DNA of 64,000 nucleotides from Octopus vulgaris (taxonomy: Eukaryota): positions 51,336,001 to 51,400,000 of the forward strand of contig OX597831.1 in assembly GCA_951406725.2 (NCBI GenBank). The letters run 5' to 3'. Below the pieces are notes generated by a model. It was not told where the DNA came from, did no database searches, and worked only from the letters and a program-made list of their open reading frames with translations. The position numbers were made by a program, and so were the translations under genes. Positions 29,817-44,774 of this stretch are shown here, in pieces. Within the stretch, counting starts at the first letter, position 1. Each line of letters starts with the position of its first letter.

Positions 29817-30123
29817 TTACTACTAAGATGGCAAGCTGGCAGAATTGTTAGCACACTGGACGAAATGCTTAGCAATATTTTGCCCGTCACTGCATTCTGA
29901 GTTCAAATTCTGCTGAAGTCAACTTTGCCTTTCATCCTTTCGGGGTCAATAAATTAAGTACACTGGGGTTGATGAAATCAACTGGTCCCACCCCACCCAC
30001 AAATTTCAGGCCTTGTGCCTATAGTAGAAAGGATTATTATTATTATCATAACTACTACTACTGCTGCTACTGCTGCTACTACTACTGCTGCTGCTGCTGC
30101 AACTACTACTACTGCTGCTGCTG

Positions 30124-30170
<47 letters not shown>

Positions 30171-30186
30171 ACTACTACTGCTGCTG

Positions 30187-30221
<35 letters not shown>

Positions 30222-33200
30222 ACTACTACTGCTGCTGCTGCTGCTGCTATTGAGTGAGAGAGTAATGCATGCCATCAAAGTGACATTGGGGTTCAAATAT
30301 ACAAAGCCCTAAATACCCATCATGATTACCCATGTGATAAGGGTACAAACAAAAAAAAAGCCACACATTTTATGGATGGCTGAGTTGGTTAAGTCAACTT
30401 GAGTATTTATAATACCTATTATACTGACTCCCAAAAGGATGAAAAGAGAAGTTGCTGCTTCAGGGATTTCATTCCATATAATTTTAATAGTTTCTGATAT
30501 AGGTACAAAGTTGCAAATTTGGGAAGAAAGGCTACATAACAACTACAGTTGATTACATTGACCCAAATATATGACTGATACTTTATTTTAGGGACCCAGA
30601 AGTTGACTTTGTAGAGATTTGAATCCAGAACGTGAAGTGCCAGGACAAAATCTGAATCTTTTCGGTTTGAACGGCAGTTTTTTAAAATAATTTCCACATA
30701 ACTAAACACTTTTAAACTTCGTATACTGGTAGAATGTGTTTATAAAACATCTTTTTCTCTTGGTTTTATTGAGAAAATTCTATAGTTTGTAAGATATTTG
30801 TTGTTTTTTTTCTTCAATTTCTGCAATTTCAACCAATCACTGACATCTATTGAGGTGAAAACATTCTGTGCCGTATGAATATGTCCCTCGTTTAAGAAAC
30901 AGATTGGGTTATTTACATTTCTGAAGAAAAAAAGATACCCTTCCCCCCACCCCTAACTAACCCTAACCCTAAAACAGATTGAAATGCAATAGATCGATAC
31001 TAAGGTCATAATTATGGGTGACAATTTCATATGACACCACTAGAAAAAACTGCTGTTCAAACCGAAAAGATCCCAAAATCTGCAAGGCATTTTGTCTGAT
31101 GTTCTAACAATTTTGTTAATCCATCATCATCTTTTAACGTCTGTTTTCCATGCTGGCATGGATTGGACATTTTGACAGGATCCAACTGATCAGAGGACTG
31201 CATTGAGCTCCAATGTTTGCTCTGGCATAGTTTTCATGGCTGGATACCGTTCCTATTACCAACCATTTTACAGAGGATACTGGGTGCTTTTGGCATGGTG
31301 TCAGTACTAGTAAGGTCACCAAGTAACTCGCAAAACAAAACAACAATAATTTTGAGAGAGGGGCATAGTGAATTAAATGGAATCTAATATATTACTGGTA
31401 CTTACTGACACCAATAGCATTTCAAACTCAGAGTGAAAGGAACATATCTAAATACTGTGGCATTGGTAAGTGAAAAAGAAATTGGTTGGAACATGTCTTT
31501 AATCTATTCTATTTAACAAATGACAAGGGAAGCATAACCACCTGATTTAGATACTACTGACTACTGACTATAAATGAAGAGAGAGTGGACATAAGAGAGA
31601 AAATGAAGGAGAGTAAAAATATCAGAAATTAAAATATATTCCAATAGTCATCTTAGCAGCTCGGAAAATTGTCGTTCAAAACAATCTGCATTAATTCTGT
31701 TCAGCCTACCTGTAAAACACTTAACACTTTAGCATTTAAACCAGCCAAAATATTCTACCTGTTTTATGCTCAAACTGGCCAGACCTAGCTTCTCACACCA
31801 ACCCTACAATGTCATTCTCAAAAATTAAACAGTTAGCTCATCAAAGTCTCAAAGCTACAAAATAATACATGATTAATTCAAAACAATCATCATCATCATT
31901 GTTTAACATCCACGTGAATAAATAAGCATTACTTTTGACAGAATAATGTGAATGCTAAAGGGTTAAAATTAACCTCACATCCAAAATCAAAGTTTAACAA
32001 ATCTGTATAATCTTATCTTTTGTCTCTTGACCGTGCTAGCAAATCATGCAATATACAGCAGAATGTCAGTACACTACAAAGTAATCTTTCATACATACTG
32101 TTATAATATATCAGGTTGAAATTATTGTACTTTCTTTCTTTCCAAATATCTTATGGCTTTAAATGTATTTCGACCTCTAACACTTCCAAAAATTCCAAAC
32201 TTCTAAAAGAAGCTAATCAAAACTTACATCTTATGAAACCACATTTCACAGACACTCACTGTATTATTGATTTCTGATAGACAGAAACACATACACTCCA
32301 TTCTCCCAATTTTGCTAAACCTGAATTTTTTTAGTTTTATTCCAAATTCAACAGTTCAATGGAAAGAATTGCTTTTAACACTTTTGTTACCATATTTCTG
32401 TCCAAATATACCCTCTTCATTTCAATTCATTTTAAAAATAATAGAGAATTTACTAAAATATCTTGGTCATTATTAAACTGGTAATTGGGACATAAATTAA
32501 CATGAAAGCTTAATGGTAAATGTTTATTTAGATCACCTTAAAGTGGAAACTTTGATCACAGAAGCAAAGATTCATGGGCAGATTGGTATAAAAAAAGTTA
32601 GAGATTACTTGTAAAAAACCAAAGAAGGCAAATTTCAAATTAATCAAACAATGTCAAGAAATAATATTTCATATTTTTGGAAGAAGGTTGAACAATTAAA
32701 GTTAGGGGTGTATGATAAAAGATTTTGCATTTCATGTTTTGTAATTCTCAGTTGACAGCAGTAGGCAGAATTTCAATAAACTACAAAATGTCTGGTACAC
32801 TGAAAATCTGTTTTGTATTCAATAATTCCATTTAAACCAGCAATCAAACAAATTTATAATCTGTGATAGAACAAACAGGCTATATACAATAATGATTTAT
32901 TGCATTATAGCAAAAATTTTTATAAAAATTACAAAAAGAGTAAAAGGCATACCGGTAGTTGTGGTAAAATCCAATGAAGACCCAACTTCAGCAAGAACTC
33001 TATGAAGAATATTAATCCAGGTCAACTAGCTCGTATAGATTATTACTTTAACTACAGACTGCTATTCAGCCATATTTCAAAGTTGTGTCATCTTAAGTAC
33101 TGACTTTGGTTTGATATTGCCTTAATGCTGGTGCCAGTGACAAGAACTAATACTTGCAACACTTAACAGACATACGTACATAGATCTCATAAATTATCAC

Positions 33201-35024
33201 ACAACATTATCTCTTGATGTCTTGAATTAGTTAAACATTCAACAGGAAACTCACTTGAATGTTACAAGAGCAGATAAAGATGAAAATATTCAAGTCATGA
33301 ATATTTCACAGCAAATTCAATGACATTAGAGCCAAATTTAGAAGCTTATTGGGTTGAATGAAACTCTAAAAATAAAAAATAAAATTATATATTACTAAAA
33401 ATTCTAACTTAGGTACAAGGTTGCAAATATGTTGGTGGAGAAGTGTAGTTGATTAAATCCTCAGTACATCACTGGGTTGTATTTTATTAGTTCTAGAAGG
33501 CTGAAAGCTAAAGTCATCTCTGGCAGAATTTGGACTCATAATGAAAATATAACTAAAATACAAAGCATTTCGTCAGTTGCTCTATATATTGTAATACCCC
33601 CAACACACTGCTTCAATAATAAAAGAAGAAAGGAAATTAGAAAACAAAAAAAGAAAGGAAAAAATAAAATAGGCTACAAAGAAAGGAAGAAAAATGTAAA
33701 AACTTACTTATCCTGTTCAACAGGAAATGATTTATAATCATCTTCTGACACTTTTTGTTTTTGAGAAAGCAAAGCCATGTTCTTCTCTTCTTTTTCTCGC
33801 AATTTTAATTCCTCAACAGAACTGCTTCGATCACCTTTGCGAGCACGTTGCTCAGAGATGAGTTCCTGCTGTTTTCTGTTAAACTTAGCCATTTCCTCTT
33901 TATCCATAGAACTTAAAACTTTTGAAAGGCCCAAATTGTGACTCCTGGTTGTACTGAATGACTGATTGTCTGTTTTTCTGCCCATTCTGTTATCAGTTAC
34001 ATTAGTATTCTGAGTGTCATAGGTATTATTTTTAACATCAGAATGGATCATTTGGTTGGAGCTTGCAGCTGCATTTGATGCAACCTGAGTAGGCTTTGGT
34101 TTGAGAGCTCTATTGATTACAGGTGTAGCAGCATCCAACTTTGGAATGCTATTTTTTGATTCTTTAGAATTATTATTCGGGACATCATTGTTCAAATTAG
34201 CTGTTGTACTAACCGGTTTCAACAAATCCAATTCAGGATAATCAAAATCCACTAGAAATAAATATTTGAAAACAATTTTTATTAAAAAAGAAAAGAAAAA
34301 GAAGCTTGAGAAAGAAAAATCTCCCCTAGAAAATCAACTCTAATGAAACAAGTCACTCAAAAAACTGGTGTTATATGACAAAAATAACTTGAAATATCAA
34401 CACAAATACATGTGTGTGTGTGTGTGTGTGTGCATGCGTGTTCATGCATGCATATGTGCATGCATGCATGTGTGTAATTATTCTGTTTGTTAGACACACA
34501 TATATACATTGACTAACTCTACACACAAGCCAACAATGGACTTCAACTTGCTAGAATTAGCAGCCAAATCTCACTGAAATCATACTCCACTGTCTTAAAG
34601 AAGCACACATTGGACAATGTAGTCCCAGGATTCCTGCACATAAGAAAAACACAAAATTGTCAGGGCAGGAAAGCTTTCGATCATGGCTTTGCTCATCAGT
34701 ACAGCTCTGGACCTAAGCAACAAGAACAGTAACTAACTTTACACACATCTACATTTTTAAGTTTTAAATAGCTTTCATTTTGGTTAATTCTCCATTTGTT
34801 TCCATCTCATCAATTGCCATGCCTATTATTATTAGTATATTGCCAGGCAAAATGCTTAGCAGCAATTCGTCCGTCATTATGTTCTGAATTCAAATTCCGC
34901 CAAGGTTGACTTTGCCTTTCATCCTTTTGCGGTCAATAAAATTAGTACCAGTTGAACACAGGAGTCAATGTAATCAACTAGTCCCCTCCCGCAAAATTTT
35001 AGGTCCTGTGCCTATAGTAGGAAG

Positions 35025-35070
<46 letters not shown>

Positions 35071-38000
35071 TTTATCATCAGCAGCAGCAGCAAACAATAG
35101 CATTTTTGTTTGTGTTAAATAGGTTTTTAATTCTCCAACAGTTATTATCTCCACCTTATCTTATTAAAGAACACAGTGACACATGTGTGAAACTGTTTCC
35201 TCTTCCTTGCTATTCCCCCACCATCTGCTTGCAGGTGCTTGTCCCTGCTGGTTTTGTGAGATTGAAGGAGATACAATAACAAATACCTGTTTCAGTGGAC
35301 AGTGCAAAAACCCACCGCTTGCAAGCAAATGCTTGTGAATACCTTCCCAGATCTTGAAAATGGTCTCCCAACTACTCTCCTGCTCTTCCCAAGTTTACAA
35401 CCTTTGCGCCACTATAATCAATATCAACACACAGAAAGGGAGGTCTGGTGAGATTGTTGAAATGCTAAAGTTGAGATATGTAGATATGTGCTATGTGCAA
35501 GAAGTATGATGCAGGAGAGCCTCAGCTGGACTCCTCACGGGCAAGGGACGAAGGTGCAAATTCTTCCTGGTATGTAACAATGATGGGGTGGATGGGTGAT
35601 GTAGGCACAGTTAATCAGGTTGTACACGAAGGTGTTATATCCAATCACTAACATACACACACACATATGAAGGTGGGCTGAAAAGTTTATAGGCTGACTA
35701 TGAAGTAGTGATGCTACAGATGTGAAATCTTGCATGCATTAATTTCAACTCTTCTTATTAATAACTGTATTGTTTCTTTCCAGCTAAACTGACATTTGGC
35801 TGTTCAAAGAAGACTTCAAAAGTAGCCGGTAGTGACTTCTCTTGAAAATGGACAAAATTTGGCATCATGACATTACCAAGTACCTGCAGAAAGTGTTTAG
35901 CCCCAAAGGATATTCATGCTAACATGATTGTTACATTAAGGGATGACACTCCAGTTTTATCAACTGTACAAAAGTGGGCAGCTGAATTTAGCAGGGGAAG
36001 AAAGAATCTTGAAGATGACCCAAGGTCTAGATATCCTGAAACTGCCACCAGCAAAGAAAACATTGATTGTGTTTACCACATGTTGATGGATGACAAGTGA
36101 TTGACTATAAATCAAATAGTCAAGGCTATTAGCACATCCCGTGAAAGAGTTGAGAATATTTTGTATAATGAACTTGTTATGATGAAGGCTTCTGTTTGGT
36201 GAGTGCCACATCTGGCACCTGATCAAATTGAGGGAAAAGCTGACATTGTTTGAGGCAGATCCAGCTGGTGTCTTTGAACATTTCCTACACTAAGATGAAT
36301 GTTGGGTTCATCATTTTGAACCTGAGACAAATGGACAATCCATGCAGTGGAAACACCCCTCCTCACCTGTTCCAAAGAAAGCCAAGGTCATTTCATCTGC
36401 AGGGAAGATGAAGGCCTCAGTAGTTTAGGATGCAAAAGGTATTGTGTTTATTGATTATCTTCAAAAGGACCACATCATCAATGGAGAATATTATGCCAAT
36501 TTGCTGATGCATTTATGAAAGTATGTGGACCACAAGGAGTAACTACATTGAAAAATAAAACTTATTTGGTCACATTCCATGAGAGTATCAGCCTTTGAAC
36601 TTTTCAGCTGACCCTCATATGTGTGTGTGTGTGTGTGTGTATCTTAAGCTGGTGTTTGGAACATGAATTAAAGTGAAATTGTAATGAAAGGTTTTAATTT
36701 AGATAATTTTAAAGCAAAAAGTTTTTCTACCATAAAACCAGGAGCAGTCTCAAGCAGGCTGGTATCAAAAGGGTTAAGATTAACAAAACAATGTTGTGTA
36801 AGAATGCCCCTAGAAATGATTACAGATCCTAGTATTGGGTATTTCTGGAATGGGCCAACTTTTATTCTTATAGGCAATGTGTTATTATTCTTACGGAAAT
36901 GGTTGTGTATCACTCCAGTTATGTCAACTACAAATGAGCTCATAAACACATTCCTTAACAGCTAGGTCAATGTAATTTCTTAGCTTTGCACCTTGCTTCA
37001 GCACAACATTACAGTCATTTGGTATTGCTATGTTAATAATTAGCATGCTCTTGTCGTTTTAGTCATAGGTCAGCAACAGTGGCAGTGGTATCATCATCAT
37101 CATCACTATTATTATTATTATTATTGTTGTTGTTGTTGTTGTTGTTATAAGGTGCTGAGCTGGCAGAATCGTTAGCACACCGGGGCAAAATGTTTAGCAT
37201 TATTTCATCTGCCACTACACTACGTTCTGAGTTCAAATTCCACTGAGGTAAACTTTGTCTGTCATCCTCATATCTGTATTATATGTGTATTATATGTGCA
37301 GGTGTATTAGGTGTATTATATGTGCAGGTGTGGCCGTGTGGTAAGAAGTTTGCTTCCCATCCACATGATTTCAGGTTCAGTCCCACTGCATGACACCTTG
37401 GGCAAGTGCTTCCACCATAACCCCTGATCAGAAAAAGCCTTGTGAGTAGATTTGGTAGACAGAAACTGAAAGAAACCATCATGCACACAGGTATATGCAT
37501 GTGTGTATGAGTGTGTGTGTGCATACGTAAATGTATGCATGTGTGAGTGGGAATATATATGTGTTTATGTAGCTTTGTTTTGACATCATGTGATAGCTGT
37601 AAATGAGAGTCACTGTCATACAAGCAGTGTCGTTCATTTCCAGTATTCTAAGAAAAGATATCTGGCCATGTGGAAATATTTACTTAACTTGCAAACAGGT
37701 GACGGTTTGTGAAGAAGGGTATTTTACTATAGAAAATCCACTTCAACATACTGTCTCACCCATGCATGGAAAAGTGAGCATTAAAACAATGTTGATGATG
37801 GTGGTGGTGGTGGTGGTGGTAATGATGATGATGATGGGAGTGGGGCTGAAACCCAAGCTTTGATAGAGACCTAATTGCACCCTAAATTCTTCATGCTGAC
37901 TATACTGCACTGCTCTCACCAAACATTTATTTACTCTTATAAACCACCAGACTATAGATTGTTATATTCTCACAAAGGCCTTCTTCAGATCAACAAGTGC

Positions 38001-41000
38001 TTGGTAGAGAGGTTTGTTCTTAGCTAAGAACTTACAACTGTTTCACTATGAAGAGGGCATCATTGGTACTCGATGTTGGTATGATCTAAACTGCATTTCA
38101 TTTAAGCAGATTTTTTTTCTAATCCATTGTGGTTCACACTTTCATAATTTTGTCCATCAGTTTGATACCTCTGTACTTTCTTCTTTCCAGAGCCTCACGT
38201 TTACTCTTGAAGCAGTTGACAATAATATGTAATTGTTTAGTTGACTATACAGGTGACTGACTTAAGGTCTATTTTGTCAGATATTTTTCAACATCTCAGC
38301 TACTATATCAAACCAATGGACCAGCTGCTTTCTCCATCTTCATATCCTTAATGGCCATTTTGACTCTATAACTGTCTACCTAACCAGCTGGTCCCTTTAT
38401 TTGGGCACATATTGGGTGGCTCCTTTTATTTCAATACATTTTCCACATTTAACAGTCTTTTCTGATAACCTCTGGAAGCCTGTCTCTTCTCAGCATTAGT
38501 GAAAGTAGTACACAACTATATGTCAAACACACTTTTCCCCAACAATATCTTGGTTCACTTTGACACTCTGCCTTACAGTCCAGAACATCTCTAATACCTG
38601 ACCCTCATTGCACTAAATACTGGTCAACCTCCTTCTTTCAGATCTCACTGTGCCACGTTAACTTGTCATCTTAGCAGCTCTTCTATTGACATGATAATAC
38701 TCTTTGCTTCCCACTTCCTTCCATTCTTTCCGGACCTGTTTTTTAAGCTTTTATGCCTCTAACCACAACAGTATCCCACCACCATGTTTGATTTGAAGAA
38801 GTTGGAACCTTGCTCCTTTGACAGAATATGATGAGTAGCTTTTAGTAGGTTATCTTCTAGAAACTACCAATTGTTCCCTATGTTACTGGTGTTTATCACC
38901 TCCTTTTTCCCCCATCTTCTAGTCACTCTTTCTTACTCTATTGCAAACACTTCACTCTATTCTCTTACTCTACTCTTACTCTAAACTCTTGCTCTATTCT
39001 CAAACACTTACCAATACACTCTATAAAGTGATTGGTGATAGAAAGACCATCCAACCATAGAATCCAAGACAAAAGTGGAATGTCTAGGAGGGAAATATCT
39101 CTGAATGAGAACTGACTTAGATTGTGCTGACTTATTCATTATTAATGCAGAATATGGATGTAAAATGATGATGATGATGATGATGATGATGAAGATGATG
39201 ATGATGAAGGCTCAACTAATGTTCTACCTTATGCTGGGCATTTGGTTTTCAAACAAGCACTCTGTCAGTTGCAGCGATGAGGGTTCCAGTTGATCTGATC
39301 AATGGAACAGCCTGCTCATGAAATTAATGTGTAAGTGGCTGAGCACTCCACAGACATGTATACCCTTAACATAGTTCTCGAGGAGATTTAGTATGACACA
39401 GAATGTGACAAGGCTGATCCTTTGAACTATAGCTGAAAGTTATTTTTACCAGCTGAATGAACTAGAGCAATGTATAATAAAGTTTTGCACCCGAGGACAC
39501 AATGTACTGCCAGGAATTGAACTCACAGCCTTACAATCGTGAACCGAATATCCTTAGCCACTAAGCCATGCACCTTTTTTGACCTACTGTATTACATTAT
39601 TACTGTTAAAGTAAAACAGAAGTGGAATTTGAAATGGTGCCAAATATTTGAAAATATGCACCCCCACAAACAATTGCACTGTGCTTCTGGCAAAGACACT
39701 CACTTCCTGAAAGTTGCAGAGAGGTTACAAAAGTGGTTGCAGCAGCTCACTGCAAAGAACAGTAGAGTAGCCATTATACAACTGACGGGTTTTACATGTG
39801 GCTTGCAGTGATGAGCTCAAATTCTCTTGGGGGGAATCTTGGAAAATCAATAGAAAACCACTTCATTGTATGTTATATAGAATCCCAATATGTAATCAAT
39901 GCTTAGTGGTATCTATGCAACATTCAACAATGATAGAAGAGTAACTATGCATCATTCAACAATGATAAAAGTAAAGAAAGGAAAATAAAAGGCAATTTGC
40001 CAAGAACAAATAAAGCTTTAAGGACAGTTAATGAAGGAGGCTCTGAACTTGCTAGAAATAACACCCAAATCCGCCTCATTTTAAAGAAGGAAGAACAGAT
40101 GGGACAGTGTGGTCCTAGATACAGCTCAAAAGGACATGGAGTTAACCGCTGCCACTGCCACCACCACGGCCACCATCACCACCATGTGCAGGTAAACCAA
40201 GTACACATCAAATGTAATTATTCTCAACTTAGTTGTATATAGCAGAAATATAAAAAAAAAATTATTCAGTAAGATTTTAAAGTGTTACTTACAAGATGGA
40301 CTTGAACAGCCTACATCAACAGAAGGTTTTTCAAAAGCTCTCGGATTTGTAGACATCTGAGGGTAGTGCAACATCCATTGTTCATAGCCCCCTTCAAGGA
40401 TAAGTGGCTGGTTGGCAAGTATCGTTGAGCTGTCGTACTGAATTTAAAGAAAAAAAAATGAAATTATCAAAAAAGACATGTACCGAAAAAATTTTAAATC
40501 AACATCAACAACGTGAAGGTTTCAGGTTTTACATATTTTTTTTTATGGTTTTTCATGAGAACATTTCCATCATAACAATCTAGTCTTCTCCCAACCACAT
40601 ATTCTAATTAGATGTGCACCACTAATAGTATGTCTAGAGAGATAATGGTGGTATTAAGGAGTTTATGTTACAATCACATAGCTTCTAGTTTGGATCTACT
40701 GTTACAGGGATGTAAACATACCAGCACTGGTTGTCAATAAACACACACATACACATATATAGGAGTTGGACAAAATAATGGAAACACCTAGCATCATAAT
40801 TTTGAAATATCTATAAAACCGTCAAAAGCTTGTTAATTTTTTGATGTTTTTTGATTTATTATTAGTGTTGCTTAATAAGTTTTGCTAAAATTGCTGTTTC
40901 TTTTCAGATATCATCAGAAAAAGGTAATTAAAATTCATTGAAATGACAGATCTATCAGACTTTTAAAACGGTCAAATTGTTGGTGCTTGTATGGCAGGTG

Positions 41001-44000
41001 CTAGCATAATGAAAACAGACGAAATGTTTGGTGTATCAAGAAGTATTGTCTCAAAAGTAATGATAGCTTTTGAGAAAGGGAAAAACTTCCTCGTTGAAAC
41101 AAAACTCAGGAAGAAAACCAAAACTCTCAGAAAGGGACCATCAGACTCTTACGCAAATTGTTAGAAAGGGTCACAAAAGTACAGCTCCCAAAATAACTGC
41201 AGAGCTTAATGGCCACCTCAAGAACCCAGTTTCCACAAAAACTGTTTGCCGGGAGCTGCAGAAAGCCAGATTTCATGGGAGGGCTGCAATCAGAAAACCA
41301 TTACTTTCAAAAACAAACGTTGCAAAGCATTTAGGGTGGAGTAAAAACCTACAGAATTGGTCCCTAGAGCAGTAGAAGAATGTTATTTTCTCAGACGAGT
41401 CATCCTTTGCCTTATTCCTGACCACTGGCCAAGTATACGTGTAAAGACAGCCAAAAGAAGCATTTGACTCAGGCTGCCTTCTTCCAACTGTTAAACATGG
41501 AGGAGGATCTGTGATGATCTAGGGGGCTATATCTTGTAAATCCGCCAGCCCAATGGTTTTCCTTCGTGTCAAAATTAATAGTCAAGACTATTTAAGCATT
41601 TTATCTGATCAAATTCATCCTATGGTTGCAGAACTGTTTCCAGAGGGAAACACAATCTTTCAGGATAATAATGCACCAACTCACACAGCTAAAATTGTCA
41701 CTGAATAGCACAAGGAACATTCTAGTGAAGTTGAACATCTTATCTGACCATGACAGTCCCCAGATCTCAATATTATTGAACATTTATGGTGCACTTTAGA
41801 AAAACAAGTAAGGAGTTGATATCCTCCAACATCATCACTACAAAAACTGGAGATTGTTTTAGCTGAAGAATGGACAAAAATTACTTTGGAAACAATTCAA
41901 ATTTTGTACGAGTCCATATCTCGTAGAATTCAAGCTGTAATTACTGCAAAGATGGTCCTACTCCATAGTAAAATAAATTTGTTTGAAATTTTAAGGTCTT
42001 TCCATTATGTTTTCCAAGCCCTGTATATATATATATATATATATGACAGGATTCTTTCAGTTTCCATCTACCAAATCCACTCACAAGGCTTTGGTCGGCC
42101 TGAGGCTATAGTAGAAGACACTTGCCCAAGGTGCCATACCATGGGACTGAATCCGGAACCATATGGTTGGGAAGCAGGTTTCTTACCACACGGCTACCCC
42201 TGTGCCTATAAGATAAGCAAAGAAAAAAAAAGCATGCAATACTGTTACATGGCACACAGTAACATCAACATTTACTCAAAGCTAAATCTGCATTAGTTAC
42301 GACAGAGTTTCTTTCTTGATTTTGTTCCTGAACATCACAGCTAAACAGGAGTTCTCTAAAAGAAAGAAAATGGAATGGGGATAACGTAAGGTGATAACCA
42401 CAAATTTGATACCTACTTTAAAAAGAGCATCTTGAAGAGTTTTCAATGGTGTGCCTGGTAATACACTGTCTTTTGTAGAGCTAAGATCCATCAGAATAAT
42501 ATAGTCCACAGATCCTCGATGGTTCCACAATGATCTAGAGTCTTTTGGTAAGTTTTCTTGTATGTATGGAACTGTGGTGCTAAAAAATGTCAAATAGAAA
42601 CATAGTTAAGATCAGTAGAGAATCAAAGTTGAAGTATAAAATTCATAGTTATAAAGTATAAGGCCAAACTTGAAAATAATTTTCTTTACTGAGTGGGAAA
42701 AGAATATGAAATAAAATTGTATAGCATTGTTTATTGCAAGGGAGAGTAATTTTAGAGCCTAATAGGGATCTCATGAATGGCAATAAAGCAATATATGATT
42801 GTAAGAAAAACATTTTTACAATAGGATTCTCTTACTTGAGTAACTATCTTAATGTGAAAAATATGAAGTACAAAGGAACAGCCAAAAATTTCACCCAACT
42901 ATAAACTACATGCAGAGGAACACCCAGACAGACACAACTCCAGAACAGTACTTCAACATCCTAAGAAGACTTTAGCTTCCTTTGAGGACAGACAATTATA
43001 AAACACACATACACACACAAAAATGGCAACAGCATCAATAGCATTGTTAGCTCTAAACATTGTTTTGGGATGTAAAACAACAAATAATAAATGCAGAAGA
43101 GCAACAGCTATCACATTCAGGCTAAGTTCATCTTGCCCACCTCAGTTGTGGTGACCTCCAGAATTTAAAGGGAGGAGGAAACCGGCTGAACAGATCGAAG
43201 AGTACAACATGCTCAGATTTCAATACAGCACCAAAAAACGAACTATGTTTCAAAATGAGTAGTAAGGTCCTCATTTAGACAGAAATATGATATAACCAAA
43301 AATATAGATCTGTAGACAGCACATAGTTATTCTGCCAACTACCAGAGTGAACCTGGAGCTAAACAGGAACAACACACAGCATTAAAAGGTAGTGCAATAC
43401 AAACAAGAAAAACTACTGTCATTATACTGTACCCATACCCAAGAAAGTGCTCTTTTTACAGCAGTCAACAAATCTGAACATTTAAAACAAAACCATTCTA
43501 CAAGAACCAAGTAGCTGGATTAGGAAAATTATCCATCTGTGAAACAACTGACTCAACAATTCATGGAACTAATATTAACAAGAGCACTCAGAGAGTGCAA
43601 ACCTGTGCCAAGACAACACCAACATCCTCTCAATGATTAGCTGGAGATGATTTTTAAAATAAGAATATCTGAAATAAACTCGACTTCTCTCACAAACGAG
43701 ACTACTAAAAATGAACCTGACCACTACCAAAAATTTATTTTAAAAAACAGAAAAATAATCCAGAATCCTTGCCTGGTACCTGACCAATCCCAATGGTAGT
43801 CATGGAATAAGAAGGTGGGTGTGCAGGCTGTGTTTGTAATGCTGTGTGTGTGTGTGTCGTCTGCAGTGGGAATAGGGACAGTTTTCTCTATGAAGGCCTT
43901 TTTAGTCTATCCACTGATATAGTATCTTTGTAACCATTAAGGTCTATAGTGAAAGATTTATCTGTGCATGAAAGAAAATGGAAAGGACCTGCATACGGTG

Positions 44001-44735
44001 CTGTTAACAGAGGTTTAACAACATTGTTGTGGCACAAGAAGTAAAGCTTCTTTCAAGGCAGAGCTAAGAATGCAATTGTCAATTAGGTAAGAGGTTTTAA
44101 ACTGGAGCAATATATTCAAAATTGGTAAAACTAAAAATTGTCAAGGATAAATAAAATTTATTATTGTTACTGAATATATTAGTGTTATTTAATTCCTGAA
44201 CGGTTTTGCTGCCGTTTGTTTATGTAGTTTGATTTCTTTAACCATCAGTTTCTACTAAGATAGAGACGCAAGTAAAATTAATAACAGATAAACAAAAATA
44301 AAACTTTGGAAACAGCAATGCTGCCATAACTTAAGTGGAAACTATGAGCATGCTTTCAAGGGAGATAATCGGAGAAAGACTTGAAAGTCAACATAAGATC
44401 GTAATACTTCCAGTAAAGTAAATATAACAAATAATCCAGAATCCGTGTCCAGTACTGGATTGATCCCTCTGCCTTTGCTAAGGCAGATGTAATAATTATA
44501 AAGCTAAGATACTAGTAATTAATAAAGTCATTATGGAAAGGACAAAAAGTAAAACTTATTACAGAAATATTATCTCAATATATTTCAAAATCTGTAGCCA
44601 AGGGAGGCCATAGATGCTTAACAAGGGATATAACCTCCTCTCTCCTTCTTTGTTGGCTATCAACCAACCTCATATTTTCAACCATCTTCTTCCAACTTGA
44701 TTCCCTGATATTAATCAACCACTTCCTGTATGGTC

Positions 44736-44774
<39 letters not shown>

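Noticed and set aside
29969-30296. Poly-Ser, poly-Cys/Tyr and poly-Ala/Thr ORFs
   Set aside because: Translations of the CTA/CTG microsatellite
30951-30972. Interstitial telomere or chromosome fusion site
   Set aside because: Only 3-4 units, contained within a TIR element with TSD
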